A DNA stretch of 64,000 nucleotides from an uncultured virus (IMG/VR IMGVR_UViG_3300035670_000135) (lineage: Duplodnaviria > Heunggongvirae > Uroviricota > Caudoviricetes), in the IMG/VR virus record IMGVR_UViG_3300035670_000135, positions 1 through 64,000 of that record; one strand, written 5' to 3'. The notes beneath the pieces were generated by a model. It made no database searches. It had not been told where the DNA came from and saw only the letters and a program-made list of their open reading frames with translations. Numbering within the stretch: position 1 is the first letter of the stretch; every line of letters starts with the position of its first letter. The position numbers and the translations under genes were made by a program. Below, piece by piece: positions 20,758 through 30,900 of the stretch.

Positions 20758-22074
20758 ATGAATATTGAGAAATCTCTATGGTCATCTAATGGCGACGACA
20801 TCAGCCTATCCGTGCCATTCACGAAAGTCAATCGTGAGAAGCGCACAGTTTCTGGTTTTGCCACACTAGACAATCTTGATCAAACAGGAGATGTTGTAAC
20901 AGCAGAAGCAAGCATTAAAGCATTCGAATCTTTCCGTGGAAATATTCGTGAAATGCACGGAAGCAATGCTGTTGGCAAAATGGTTTCATTCAAGCCAGAA
21001 ACGTATTTTGACGCAAAGACTGGCGAATTTTTTAACGGAGTTTATGTAGACGCATACATTTCCAAAGGCGCACAAGATACATGGGAAAAGATTTTGGACG
21101 GAACCCTACAAGGATTTTCAATCGGCGGAAAGATTATTGACTCAGAAAATGAAGTTAATAAAGCAACAGGTAAGCCAGTAAGATTTATCAAAGACTATTC
21201 TCTTATGGAGCTATCAGTAGTTGATTCTCCAGCAAATGAACTTTGCAACATTTTGTCTATTCAAAAGAGTAATGGCAAATTAATGTTCAAGGGAATTGCA
21301 GCAGAGACAAAAGTAGAAAACATTTTTTATTGTGAAGATAGCGATTCTGTATTTATGTCAACAGATGCAGAATATACATCACCAGTTTCTGGAAAGCCAG
21401 CAGCTTTAATTGGTTGGGTAGAATCAAACGATGTAAACAAAGCAAAGGAAATAAATAGAATTCTTGATTTACATAAGTCAAGATTAACGTTGCCTGATAC
21501 AAACACAATTGCAAAACAGGCAAACGCAGAAGGAGGTAATGAAGTGTCAGAAAATACAGAAAACGCAGTAGTTGAAGAAACTCCTGCAGTTGAAGAGACA
21601 GCACCTGCTGAAGTAGCAGCTGTTGAAGAAGCAGCTCCTGCCGAAGAGGCAGCACCTGCTGAAGACGCTTCTGCCGAAACTCTGGAAAAAGCAGCCGACG
21701 TATCAGAAGTTATGGTTGATGAACCTGATTTTGCAAAGATGCTTGGCGATCTAAAAGGCTTTTTCTCAGAAACACTGAACAAGGCTTCCGAAGCTAACGC
21801 TCAACAGGTATCAGCTATCAAAGAGACAGTTGAAACATTCAGCAAGAGCGTCGATGGTCGTATTTCAGAATTGGCAGAACAACATACAGCACTTTCAAAG
21901 GCTGTAGAAGATATCAAGAACACGATTGATGGCGTAGAAAAGCGTGTCGTAGCGGTAGAATCAGAGACCGCAATTAAGAAGTCCTCAGACCTTGGCGGGT
22001 CTCAGGAAGTAACAATCAAGAAATCAAAATGGAACGGTTCTTTCCTCGGTTCCGTGAATGAACTTTTAAAATAA
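20758..22074 (+). CDS. HK97-type prohead protease fused to acidic/coiled-coil scaffold
   Basis: IREMH, GFSIGG and ELSVVDSPAN protease motifs; EE-A-P-rich linker and coiled-coil C-terminus. Confidence 0.9.
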   Translation: MNIEKSLWSSNGDDISLSVPFTKVNREKRTVSGFATLDNLDQTGDVVTAEASIKAFESFRGNIREMHGSNAVGKMVSFKPETYFDAKTGEFFNGVYVDAYISKGAQDTWEKILDGTLQGFSIGGKIIDSENEVNKATGKPVRFIKDYSLMELSVVDSPANELCNILSIQKSNGKLMFKGIAAETKVENIFYCEDSDSVFMSTDAEYTSPVSGKPAALIGWVESNDVNKAKEINRILDLHKSRLTLPDTNTIAKQANAEGGNEVSENTENAVVEETPAVEETAPAEVAAVEEAAPAEEAAPAEDASAETLEKAADVSEVMVDEPDFAKMLGDLKGFFSETLNKASEANAQQVSAIKETVETFSKSVDGRISELAEQHTALSKAVEDIKNTIDGVEKRVVAVESETAIKKSSDLGGSQEVTIKKSKWNGSFLGSVNELLK

Positions 22075-22094
22075 AAAGGTAGGTGAAAAATAAA

Positions 22095-23144
22095 ATGAGT
22101 AATGAAATGTTAGAAAAAGCAGTAGCTGCTAACACTCAAGTTACCGCTAATATGACTGGGTCTGCAGTAGCAACCACAGGCGTACATATCGGTTCAGAGG
22201 GTGAGGGCGGACTACTAAATCCAGAACAATCAGCTCGCTTCCTAGACTATATGTTCGACGCTACCGTAATTGGTAAGGTTGCACGTACAGTTAGAATGAG
22301 AGCAGATACCACTGAAATTGATCGTATGTCAGTAGGCGAGAAGCTTATGAAGCTTGCGACAGAGGCAGATAACGATGGCGTAAATAGCGCAGTATCTTTC
22401 TCAAAGATTTCTTTGACAACAAAGAAACTACGTTTAGACTGGGAGCTTTCAACAGAGTCTCTTGAAGACAATATTGAGGGTCCAGATCTAGAAGATCATA
22501 TTGCACGTTTGATGGCAACACAGGCAGGTAACGACATTGAAGACGTAGTCCTCAATGGAAATACCGCTCTCACAGGAGATGCCCTATACAAGTCATTTGA
22601 TGGTGTAGTAAAGAAGGCAAAGCAATACGGACATGTTGTTGATGCTGCAGGAGCAAACGTAAGCCGTGCTGTATTTAACAGCGCACTTAAGGAGCTTCCA
22701 CGTAAGTACAAGCAACGCCGTGGCGATCTTCGCTTCCTTGCAGGTTCCAATTTGATTCAGGACTTCCTGTACGCAAATAGCATTGGAACAAATCAAACTA
22801 TCCCACAGGATATTGCATCAAGCATCATCCGTGGAGCAACTGAGCCACTAGGTGGTCCAGCAGGATACGTAGCACCATTCGCATTCGGTATTCCAATCGT
22901 TGAAGTACCTCTTCTAAAAGAGGCACAAGACGGAGACTACTCTGGCGAAACTGGCGATCATGGAGATATCCACTTGACATTCCCAAATAACGTAGTTATT
23001 GGTATCAAGCGTGATGTAACCGTATACCGCTTCTTCCAGCCTCGTAAGGATTCCATCGAGTATACAATGTATACACGTGTTGGCGTTCAAATCGAGCAGG
23101 CAGACGCATGGGTCGTTGTTAAGAACGTTAAGGTCGCTTCCTAA
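22095..23144 (+). CDS. Major capsid protein (HK97 fold)
   Basis: GGLLNPEQSARF, LEDNIEG, FGIPIVEVP; biased codon usage; followed by a terminator. Confidence 0.92.
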   Translation: MSNEMLEKAVAANTQVTANMTGSAVATTGVHIGSEGEGGLLNPEQSARFLDYMFDATVIGKVARTVRMRADTTEIDRMSVGEKLMKLATEADNDGVNSAVSFSKISLTTKKLRLDWELSTESLEDNIEGPDLEDHIARLMATQAGNDIEDVVLNGNTALTGDALYKSFDGVVKKAKQYGHVVDAAGANVSRAVFNSALKELPRKYKQRRGDLRFLAGSNLIQDFLYANSIGTNQTIPQDIASSIIRGATEPLGGPAGYVAPFAFGIPIVEVPLLKEAQDGDYSGETGDHGDIHLTFPNNVVIGIKRDVTVYRFFQPRKDSIEYTMYTRVGVQIEQADAWVVVKNVKVAS

Positions 23145-23163
23145 TTTAGGATTTAGATCTGCT

Positions 23164-23198
23164 GAAAGGCCCCCATTAATTTGGGGGCTTTTCCTTTT
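23164..23198 (+). terminator. Rho-independent terminator after capsid gene
   Basis: GCCCCCA-ttaatt-TGGGGGC followed by TTTTCCTTTT. Confidence 0.85.
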
Positions 23199-23243
23199 AA
23201 TTGACTAATGCTATAATTAAATAACCTACAAAAGGAGAAATTA

Positions 23244-23639
23244 ATGTCATTTGATACATTAAAAGTTGCAGAGTTAAAGCAAATTGCAGAAGACTTTGCA
23301 GTAGATATAGCAGAACAAAAAGGTAAAAAAGATATAATTGCTGCTCTTGCAGAAGAAGGCGTAACCTGGGCTATTTATCAAAAGTCTAAGGACATAGAGG
23401 AAGAAGAATTAGAAATGAACGAAACATTACCAAAGGCGGCACCAAAGGCAGTTAAAGAAGAAGATATGGTTCTTGTAAAAATGAATCGTGCAAACTTTAG
23501 CTACGAAATTATGGGACATCGTTTTACAAAAGAACATCCATTTATTGCTATGGACAAAGATACAGCCCAAGCAATTTTTGATAAGGAGGAAGGCTTTGTG
23601 TTAGCTACCCCAGCAGAAGTGCAGGAGTTCTACAACTAA
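23244..23639 (+). CDS. Head-associated hypothetical protein (Rho-N/SAP-like N-terminus)
   Basis: LKVAELKQIA...KKDIIAAL motif; SD AAGGAG; TGCTATAAT promoter at 23209-17. Confidence 0.7.
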   Translation: MSFDTLKVAELKQIAEDFAVDIAEQKGKKDIIAALAEEGVTWAIYQKSKDIEEEELEMNETLPKAAPKAVKEEDMVLVKMNRANFSYEIMGHRFTKEHPFIAMDKDTAQAIFDKEEGFVLATPAEVQEFYN

Positions 23640-23648
23640 GCCATACAG

Positions 23649-24641
23649 ATGGCAGAAATATACATTAACACAAACTCCCCAATAACTCATAGAGTATTTT
23701 GGCAGGGAGAAATTGTAGCAGCGGATGCTGCACCAACAGTAAAGGTGTATGATGTAACTTCTGACATCACCATAACACCAGCAATTCTTCCAACGACTTT
23801 ACTTACTACATTAACTTCAACGGCGGCAGAAACAGATACTGGTAGTTACTATGTAAATCTACCATTAAGCCTTACCCAGCGTCAAAGAAAATTTAAATTA
23901 CTTTGGGAGTATACGGTAAATTCTAGCGCTGCCTCACATACAGCCTATGTAGATGTAGTGACCCCATATGTAAATATTTATGAGGCAATGGATGAATTAA
24001 ACCTTGGAGTAGATCCAAGCGATCCTAATTATAAAACATACACTGAAATTACTAGGGCTGAAAGATATGCTCGTAAACAGATTGAAGATTATACTGGACA
24101 GGACTTCTTTACATATGATGATGTAGAGGTGGTATTTGGAAATGATTCTGATATCCTGCCGCTTCCTTATCGTATTGTAAATGTTCATAAGTTATACCAT
24201 AATGATATTTTACTTGTAGATACTGTTTCTACTCCAACTGTAAATAACTGGACATACACTCCGATCATTTCAGAAACTAATTTTGGAATTAGAGTTGATA
24301 GAACTGGATTGCTAGACAATACTGTATATATTGCAAATGGTCTTGTGCCGCCGTCCATTAATGATACATATAACGGAATGGCATTTGCCAAGAATGTAAG
24401 ATATAGAGTTGAAGGAAGATACGGCTGGGAATCAGTCCCAGGCAATGTACAACTTGCATGCATTGAGCTTATGAAAGACTACTTTGCTAAAGATACCGTA
24501 TGGAGAACTAAATACGTTAAGAACATTCAGACATTCGATTGGCAGTTTGAGTATTCTGGAGATGCATATTCTGGAACAGGAAATCAGCTTGCCGATAAGT
24601 TGCTCGGCGCATATGTTCTTACCCAAATGGTAGTGGTATAA
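23649..24641 (+). CDS. Head-to-tail adaptor/connector
   Basis: ARKQIEDYTGQDF...GRYGWESVPGNVQLACIEL...TGNQLADKLL; synteny. Confidence 0.75.
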   Translation: MAEIYINTNSPITHRVFWQGEIVAADAAPTVKVYDVTSDITITPAILPTTLLTTLTSTAAETDTGSYYVNLPLSLTQRQRKFKLLWEYTVNSSAASHTAYVDVVTPYVNIYEAMDELNLGVDPSDPNYKTYTEITRAERYARKQIEDYTGQDFFTYDDVEVVFGNDSDILPLPYRIVNVHKLYHNDILLVDTVSTPTVNNWTYTPIISETNFGIRVDRTGLLDNTVYIANGLVPPSINDTYNGMAFAKNVRYRVEGRYGWESVPGNVQLACIELMKDYFAKDTVWRTKYVKNIQTFDWQFEYSGDAYSGTGNQLADKLLGAYVLTQMVVV

Positions 24642-25070
24642 ATGTTGGACCTCGTAGACTCAGTATTGTCTATGAAAATGGACGTATATCGTCAATTTGA
24701 TTTACAAGATGCTGACACTGGGGCATTGGTAAAAGAATGGGTTTATTACAAAACCATAGACTGCTCGGCCAAGGGCGTAATCAGTAATTCTTCATCTACC
24801 CGCACAAATAGCATTCAGTCTTATGGAACTAAATATAATAATGAGGAGATTCTTCAAGTAAGAACTTCTCATAAATTAACCTATAGAGAAAAAGTTACAA
24901 ACATTAGAGATTCAAAGAACAATCCTATCTGGGTAGAATTAAATTATCCTTCAGAGACTCCCACCGTTTTTGAGGTAATTGGAAGCACTCCCGTAACAGA
25001 CGGATTCGGCACGGTGATAGCATACAACTCAGTAATTAAGAGATCGGAGAACCAGAGAATTGGACTATAG
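24642..25070 (+). CDS. Head closure/stopper protein
   Basis: Synteny, size and beta-rich composition. Confidence 0.6.
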   Translation: MLDLVDSVLSMKMDVYRQFDLQDADTGALVKEWVYYKTIDCSAKGVISNSSSTRTNSIQSYGTKYNNEEILQVRTSHKLTYREKVTNIRDSKNNPIWVELNYPSETPTVFEVIGSTPVTDGFGTVIAYNSVIKRSENQRIGL

Positions 25071-25839
25071 CACTCCCTTAATTCAGGCCGCTAGTGGACT
25101 ACAAAACCTCATGGTTAAGTCCAAGGGCGGCATTTTAAAAGAAAGCCTTGTAGCTCAAATATCCGCATACGTATATTACAATGTCCAAGTAATTAGCAAG
25201 CTGACTACAAATGCGTCATTTAAAAATAAATTTAGAGAAGTTATATTTAATCAATTAGAAAAAGACTTTGGCGAATATGTAGATTCTCAGGCTAGGGTAA
25301 AGCCTAAAACCCTTCACCATGTATATGAATGGAATCAGGTCGGAGATTCAGGATCAAGATTATTTAAATTAAATAAATTAAATACAGAAGGTTTAGGATT
25401 TTCTATTTCTTATGAATTTCTGCCTTCAAAAACATTTGCCTCAACTGAGGGTAATCGCAGACATGTATTTGTAAGCAAAGCCTCTGTGATGGAAGCTGGA
25501 ATGCCCCTTAAAATTGCTCCACGCCATTCTAAGCGCCTTGTATTTGAGACCAATGGTTATACGGTCTTCATGCCAGAAGGAGCCTCTGTGGTCGTTAAAA
25601 GGCCTGGAGGAGTGGGTGTCAAAAATTCATTTATGATGACATATTCTAGATTCTTTAAGAGTAATTTAGTTAATGCCTCAATTAAGAAATCTGGATTCCA
25701 AAGATTATTTAATAATGCTATGACTAAGGCTCTTAGGGTTCCCGCCGATATTAGAACAGTTAAATATACATTTAATCCAAATACAATTGCTGTACAGGCT
25801 GACGCAGCCCTGACTTCAGCATTCGGAGCATCATTATGA
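25060..25839 (+). CDS. Neck/tail completion protein
   Basis: Basic protein located between stopper and terminator; LHHVYEW motif. Confidence 0.55.
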   Translation: MDYSTPLIQAASGLQNLMVKSKGGILKESLVAQISAYVYYNVQVISKLTTNASFKNKFREVIFNQLEKDFGEYVDSQARVKPKTLHHVYEWNQVGDSGSRLFKLNKLNTEGLGFSISYEFLPSKTFASTEGNRRHVFVSKASVMEAGMPLKIAPRHSKRLVFETNGYTVFMPEGASVVVKRPGGVGVKNSFMMTYSRFFKSNLVNASIKKSGFQRLFNNAMTKALRVPADIRTVKYTFNPNTIAVQADAALTSAFGASL

Positions 25840-26351
25840 CAGTTAATTATAAATTAGACGCAATGCTTGAGCTTCGCAAATATATTTGGACAAAATTGCA
25901 GGCGGCAGAGATATTTAACCCAGACGATTATTATAGCGATAATATAGGAGAGACTTTAGTTCCTATTATCCCAGTACAACAGATCCCAGATATGAATCAA
26001 TTTTTGAGCGGGAAGGACCATATAGTCTACGATAAAATCGGAGTCTCATATGACACCCTATGGCTAATCTGTAATGAGCAAATCCTATTTACCGTATATT
26101 CAACAGATGTTTCCAAGATTAATGAAGTCCGCAATTTCATGATAGATGAATTTAGAAGAATGGATGAATCTGCCAGAGATGTCAATTTGTCCGCAAACTT
26201 CAATTCTCAGAAATTCAAATTCCATAGTATTCATGTTGACGATATGTCCCCGACAGAGCCATCGCAGGAAATGCAGGGTTTCTATTCGGCAGATATCATT
26301 CTTGAGATCAAATATTCTCGCATAACCAATACCTCTGGCCGATATACCTAG
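25836..26351 (+). CDS. Tail terminator-like protein
   Basis: Directly upstream of the major tail gene; 171 aa, acidic. Confidence 0.55.
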   Translation: MTVNYKLDAMLELRKYIWTKLQAAEIFNPDDYYSDNIGETLVPIIPVQQIPDMNQFLSGKDHIVYDKIGVSYDTLWLICNEQILFTVYSTDVSKINEVRNFMIDEFRRMDESARDVNLSANFNSQKFKFHSIHVDDMSPTEPSQEMQGFYSADIILEIKYSRITNTSGRYT

Positions 26352-26354
26352 TAT

Positions 26355-26383
26355 TTGCCTTTTGTCCTCCTATGCCTTAAAAT
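26355..26383 (+). promoter_or_regulatory. Major tail gene promoter
   Basis: TTGCCT-17 nt-TAAAAT, the same hexamers as the protease promoter. Confidence 0.65.
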
Positions 26384-26455
26384 TGGACATAGAGGAAAGA
26401 GGAAAGAGCCTAGCCAGCTCAAACAATTAATTTTTTAAAATAGGAGGTAGAAACA

Positions 26456-27166
26456 ATGGCATTTAATAATGCTAAAAACATCATCGTCGGTGCAGCCCCA
26501 GTATTTATTTCTACAAAAGACTCAACCGATGCAACTTATGCAGCAGATTTCGAAAACTTGCTAGATGCTGGACACATCACCTTTACAGGTGGTACAACAG
26601 CTTCAACAGCTTTGACTGCTTCAGCTAAGGTTCGTAATGTTGGTTTTACAAACAATGGTCTTCAGATCACTTATAACCCAACATTCGAAGACGTTACCGT
26701 AGATCAGTTGCTAGACGCAGCAAAGCTTTTCAAGTCTGCTATGCAGGTCATGATTATGACTGAAATGACAGAAGGAACTTTGCAAAACGTTCTAACAGTA
26801 TTTGGACAAGGTGCATCAACTCTTAAGAAGAATGGTTCAGCATCAACAGATAACTATGCAGGCCCTAGCGGTGCAGCAGGAGACCTAACTCTTGGTCTTG
26901 AGGCAGGTGCTCTTGGAATTGCTCCAACAGAGCGTCAGCTATTTGCAGTTGGACAAGCTCCAACATTCAAAACTGTAACAGCCACAGAGTCATCAGCAAA
27001 TTCTGAGCGTGTATACTATGCTCGTCGTGTTCTTTCTGTACAACAGACACAGTTCACCCTAGCACGTAATACCCCAACCACATTCCCAGTGACCTTCCGT
27101 CTCCTTCCAGACGCTAATTACGTCGGATCAGAGTATGGTAAGATTATTGATAGAATCCTAGCTTAA
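26456..27166 (+). CDS. Major tail (tube) protein
   Basis: NIIVGAAPVF...VGFTNNGLQITYNP...VDQLLD...FPVTFRLLPD; strong SD; terminator downstream. Confidence 0.85.
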   Translation: MAFNNAKNIIVGAAPVFISTKDSTDATYAADFENLLDAGHITFTGGTTASTALTASAKVRNVGFTNNGLQITYNPTFEDVTVDQLLDAAKLFKSAMQVMIMTEMTEGTLQNVLTVFGQGASTLKKNGSASTDNYAGPSGAAGDLTLGLEAGALGIAPTERQLFAVGQAPTFKTVTATESSANSERVYYARRVLSVQQTQFTLARNTPTTFPVTFRLLPDANYVGSEYGKIIDRILA

Positions 27167-27183
27167 TTCATTTAGGCTATTTG

Positions 27184-27212
27184 CAAAACCCCCGTAAAAT
27201 ACGGGGGTTTTG
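27184..27212 (+). terminator. Rho-independent terminator
   Basis: CAAAACCCCCGTA-aaa-TACGGGGGTTTTG, a perfect 13-bp stem. Confidence 0.85.
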
Positions 27213-27271
27213 TGCTTGTGTTAATAAAATCTATTTGTTATAATGTTTATAACTATCCATAGGAGGATAAA

Positions 27272-27604
27272 TTGGCTACTACAGTATACGACGTAGAAGA
27301 AATAAAACTACAAAATGGCGATACGGTTCAATTGAAACCGCTATCTATTAAGCAGCTCCGTAAATTTATGGCAGCTATGAATAAGGCCCAAGAGGCTACA
27401 ACAGAAGATCAATCACTAAGTGTTTTAATTGACGCATGTGCAATTGCATTAGAGACACAACTTCCAGAACTTATAAAAGATCGGGACAAGCTTGAGGAAG
27501 CTTTAGATGTTCCTACAATTAATAGAATCCTCGAAGTTTGTGGAGGAATTAAACTAGACGACCCAAACCTAATAGCGGCAGCAGTTCTGGCTGGTCAGAA
27601 CTAG
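27272..27604 (+). CDS. Tail assembly chaperone (gpG-like)
   Basis: Between major tail and tape measure genes; TTG start after AGGAGG. Confidence 0.8.
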   Translation: MATTVYDVEEIKLQNGDTVQLKPLSIKQLRKFMAAMNKAQEATTEDQSLSVLIDACAIALETQLPELIKDRDKLEEALDVPTINRILEVCGGIKLDDPNLIAAAVLAGQN

Positions 27605-27930
27605 ATTTAGCCGCTCTAGTAAAAAGAGTTTTTCTTTTGGGAGCTTGGAAAAGCTACCAAGACCTAGAAGAAAGCCTTTCATTACCAGAACTTTTGCAAA
27701 CGATAGAATCAATGCAAAAGGATGAAAGTGAAAAAAGAATATTCTTGGCATCTTTAAAGGGCATAGACCTAAGAGATGAGCAAGAACAAAAAGGTCCAAC
27801 CTTTGAAGATATCCGATTAAGGGCTATGGGCATAGAGGCCACAACAGATGATGTGGTTTCTTTGCAAGGCTCGATGGCTGCAGAAGCAGGATTTGGTATC
27901 GGAGCAGGACTTGGATACTCTAAGGAGTAA
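27562..27930 (+). CDS. Tail assembly chaperone gpGT extension (-1 frameshift frame)
   Basis: The -1 frame is open from the slippery site C CCA AAC (27562-68) to 27930: PKPNSGSSSGWSELDLAALVKRVFLLGAWK... Confidence 0.75.
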   Translation, partial: PKPNSGSSSGWSELDLAALVKRVFLLGAWKSYQDLEESLSLPELLQTIESMQKDESEKRIFLASLKGIDLRDEQEQKGPTFEDIRLRAMGIEATTDDVVSLQGSMAAEAGFGIGAGLGYSKE

Positions 27931-27941
27931 CAAAGAGGTAA

Positions 27942-30900
27942 ATGGCTGACGAAAAAATTGTAACTAGTATAGTTGCAAATTCGGATTTTTCAAATCTTAT
28001 TGCCGATGTGCAACGAGTTACAAGCAGCCTATTCAAACTTCAACAAGAATTTGCTGGTGCCAATAGAGCGTTAGCTGGTCAGATAGATGCAGCTAATGCA
28101 ATGTTCAACCAGAACATGCTCAAGACTGGGCAATTTTCTTCACACTTTGTAAGCCTAACATCAGATGTAGAAAAATTTGGCAAGAATCTAGATGGTGGAA
28201 GATTAAAGCTAAGAGATTATTTTAGAACATATCAAGAACATTCAAGAACAAGCGGCGGATTAATCAGAGATCTCGCTAAGCAACAAGTTCAATTACAAAA
28301 TGCTGTATTGCAACCCCTAGGTAAAAATGCCCAGGGGCTAATGCAATATAACGTACATATTCCAAGAGGATTAGATTTAGTAAAAAATAAAACATCTCTA
28401 CTAAGACAAGAATTCCAGATAATGAATAAGGTTATTCAGGATGGTGGAGTTCAGCTTATTAACTGGGGTAAAAATACTCAATGGGCAGGACGTCAGTTAA
28501 CAGTAGGATTAACACTACCACTTGCAGCATTTGGTAAAGCAGCAGCAGATGCATTTAAAACAGCAGATCAAGAATTAACCCGTTTAACTAAGGTTTATGG
28601 AGATGTTGCTGGAACTTCCGCACAAGAGTTATCTAGAATTAGAGATGAGGTCTCTGCTACCGCAAAAGAACTATCCTCTGCAATGGGAGTTAATTTCTCA
28701 GAAACAATTGCTCTTGCCGCTGATATTGCTGCTACTGGAAAAACAGGGGACGAGCTCCTATCTTCAATTTCAGAAACTACAAGATTAGCAGTATTAGGTG
28801 AAGTTGATAGACAAGAAGCCATGAAGGCAACTCTTGCTATTCAAACAGCATTTAAACAAAATACAGAAGAACTTTCTCAATCAATTAACTTTTTAAACGC
28901 AGTAGAAAACCAAACATCAACAACGCTAAATGATTTGGTAACTGCAATTCCAAAAGCAGGTCCAGTTGTAAGAAGTCTTGGTGGAGACATACAGGACCTT
29001 GCTCTTTATCTAACAGCAATGCGAGAGGGCGGAATCAATGCTTCAGAAGCAGCTAACGCTATTAAGTCTGGATTAGCTTCTTTAATTAATCCAACAAAAC
29101 AAACCGTTGGCTTAATGAAAGATTTTGGAATAGATATTCTTGGCATGGTAAAAGCAAATGCAGGAGATACAACCTCATTACTTTTAGATTTACAATCAGC
29201 ATTAGATCAACTTGATCCTCTTTCAAAAGCACAAGCAATTGAACAGATGTTCGGTAAGTTTCAGTTTGCAAGAATCAGCGCTTTACTAAATAACCTAGGT
29301 AGAGAGGGCAGCCAGACGCTACAAGTTTTAGATTTAATGGGTGCCAGCGTAGCAGAACTAGAACAAGTGGCTGGTCGAGAGTTGGCGGCAGTAACAGAAT
29401 CAGCAGCAGGAAGATTCCGTAGAGCGGTAGAAGGACTTAAAGCAGATCTTGCAGGCGTAGGAGAAGACTTCCTAAATATAGGAACTAAATTAATCAATGT
29501 TCTTAGTGCAATCCTTGACTTTGCTCAAAAATTACCAGATCCAATAAAGAAGGTAATGGCATTTGGTGGAGCATTTACAGCAATTATCGGTCCAGTAATT
29601 ATGCTTACTGGTGTTCTTGCTAACTTCTTTGGATATATTATTAAAGGACTTGGACATTTCAAAGCCTTATTTAGAGGCGCAGAAGGATTTCAACTTCTAA
29701 CCCCAGAAATTATAGCAGCTAAAAACGCTAGCTCAATGCTTAGTGATGAGTTCTATAGTGATGCAAAAGCTGCTGATACTTTAAGTCTTGCAATTAAAAG
29801 ATTAAATGAAGACCTAAAAGGCCTTCAGGCAAACGCCTCTAACGCAACATCAACAACAAATGCTTTAGGTGCAACTATAGCAACTGCAGCGGGAACTCCA
29901 ATAATGACAGTGGGTGGAGGTCTAGGGGCTCCAAGAGTTACAGATCCAAATCATCCTTTAGTTGGTCCACAAACAAGAGCGGCGGCACATTTAAATCCAC
30001 GTGATCCTAATAATCCTTCAAGTATATTTGGATTAACCTTACAGCCAGTTCCAGTAAATAGAAAGATTGGCGCAACACCACAGATATTAATGTCTGAAAG
30101 ACTTCCAGATGTTCCAGGATTAACCACAGTGTCTGGAGTATCGACAGGAGTTGTTGCAGCAGAGCATGCTAAATTTGCAGCTCTTATGGCAACACTTGGA
30201 GTTCAAAGCCAGCAAGAAATTGATGCATTAAAGAAAACTATTGGCTTAGGTGGACAGGTATCAAGAGAATTATTAGATACATTTGACGACATATTGCCAA
30301 TCACACAAAGATTGACTGCAAATGCGGCAGCGCAATCTGCTAGCATTGTTGCAGAATTAAGAGCGGGAACAATAAATGTGCAGCAAGCACGTGCACAAAT
30401 TATAGCCGTAAATGCTCAACTTGAAGCAATGATGGGCGCTGAAGTTTCTGCATATGCCGCAGCACGTGGCAGAACAATTGATTTAACAAAAGCGCCTTTA
30501 ATAAATCAGCCTGTAGTTGATATTGCTGGCAAGCCAAATATTCGTGGTGCATATCGTGGCGGAATATTCCTAGATGTAATGGAAAGCTTGGGAAGAGCTA
30601 CTGGAACTAAGTCTTTTGGTGGACCATATAGTATTGAGACAACAAGGCCTATTCAAAGAAATACTGGTGGTGGAGTATTTTATAATGATGGGAATCAAGT
30701 TCCTGGTCCAAATGTAAACGCAGATGTAGTTCCTGCAATGCTTACCCCAGGAGAATTTGTAATTCGTAGAGATGTAGCACAGCAAGATCCAGATGGAATG
30801 AGAGCTCTTAATGAAGGAAGAGCCATAGTTATTCCAGTGCAAAGAAATATTGGTGGAGTTATACCGTTGCTGCGAGCATTGCAAACAAGAAGACGATCTA

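Noticed and set aside
26388..26420. GAGGAAA tandem and GAGC-ctagcca-GCTC mini-hairpin in the major tail leader
   Set aside because: Only a 4-bp stem; too weak to call without comparative data.
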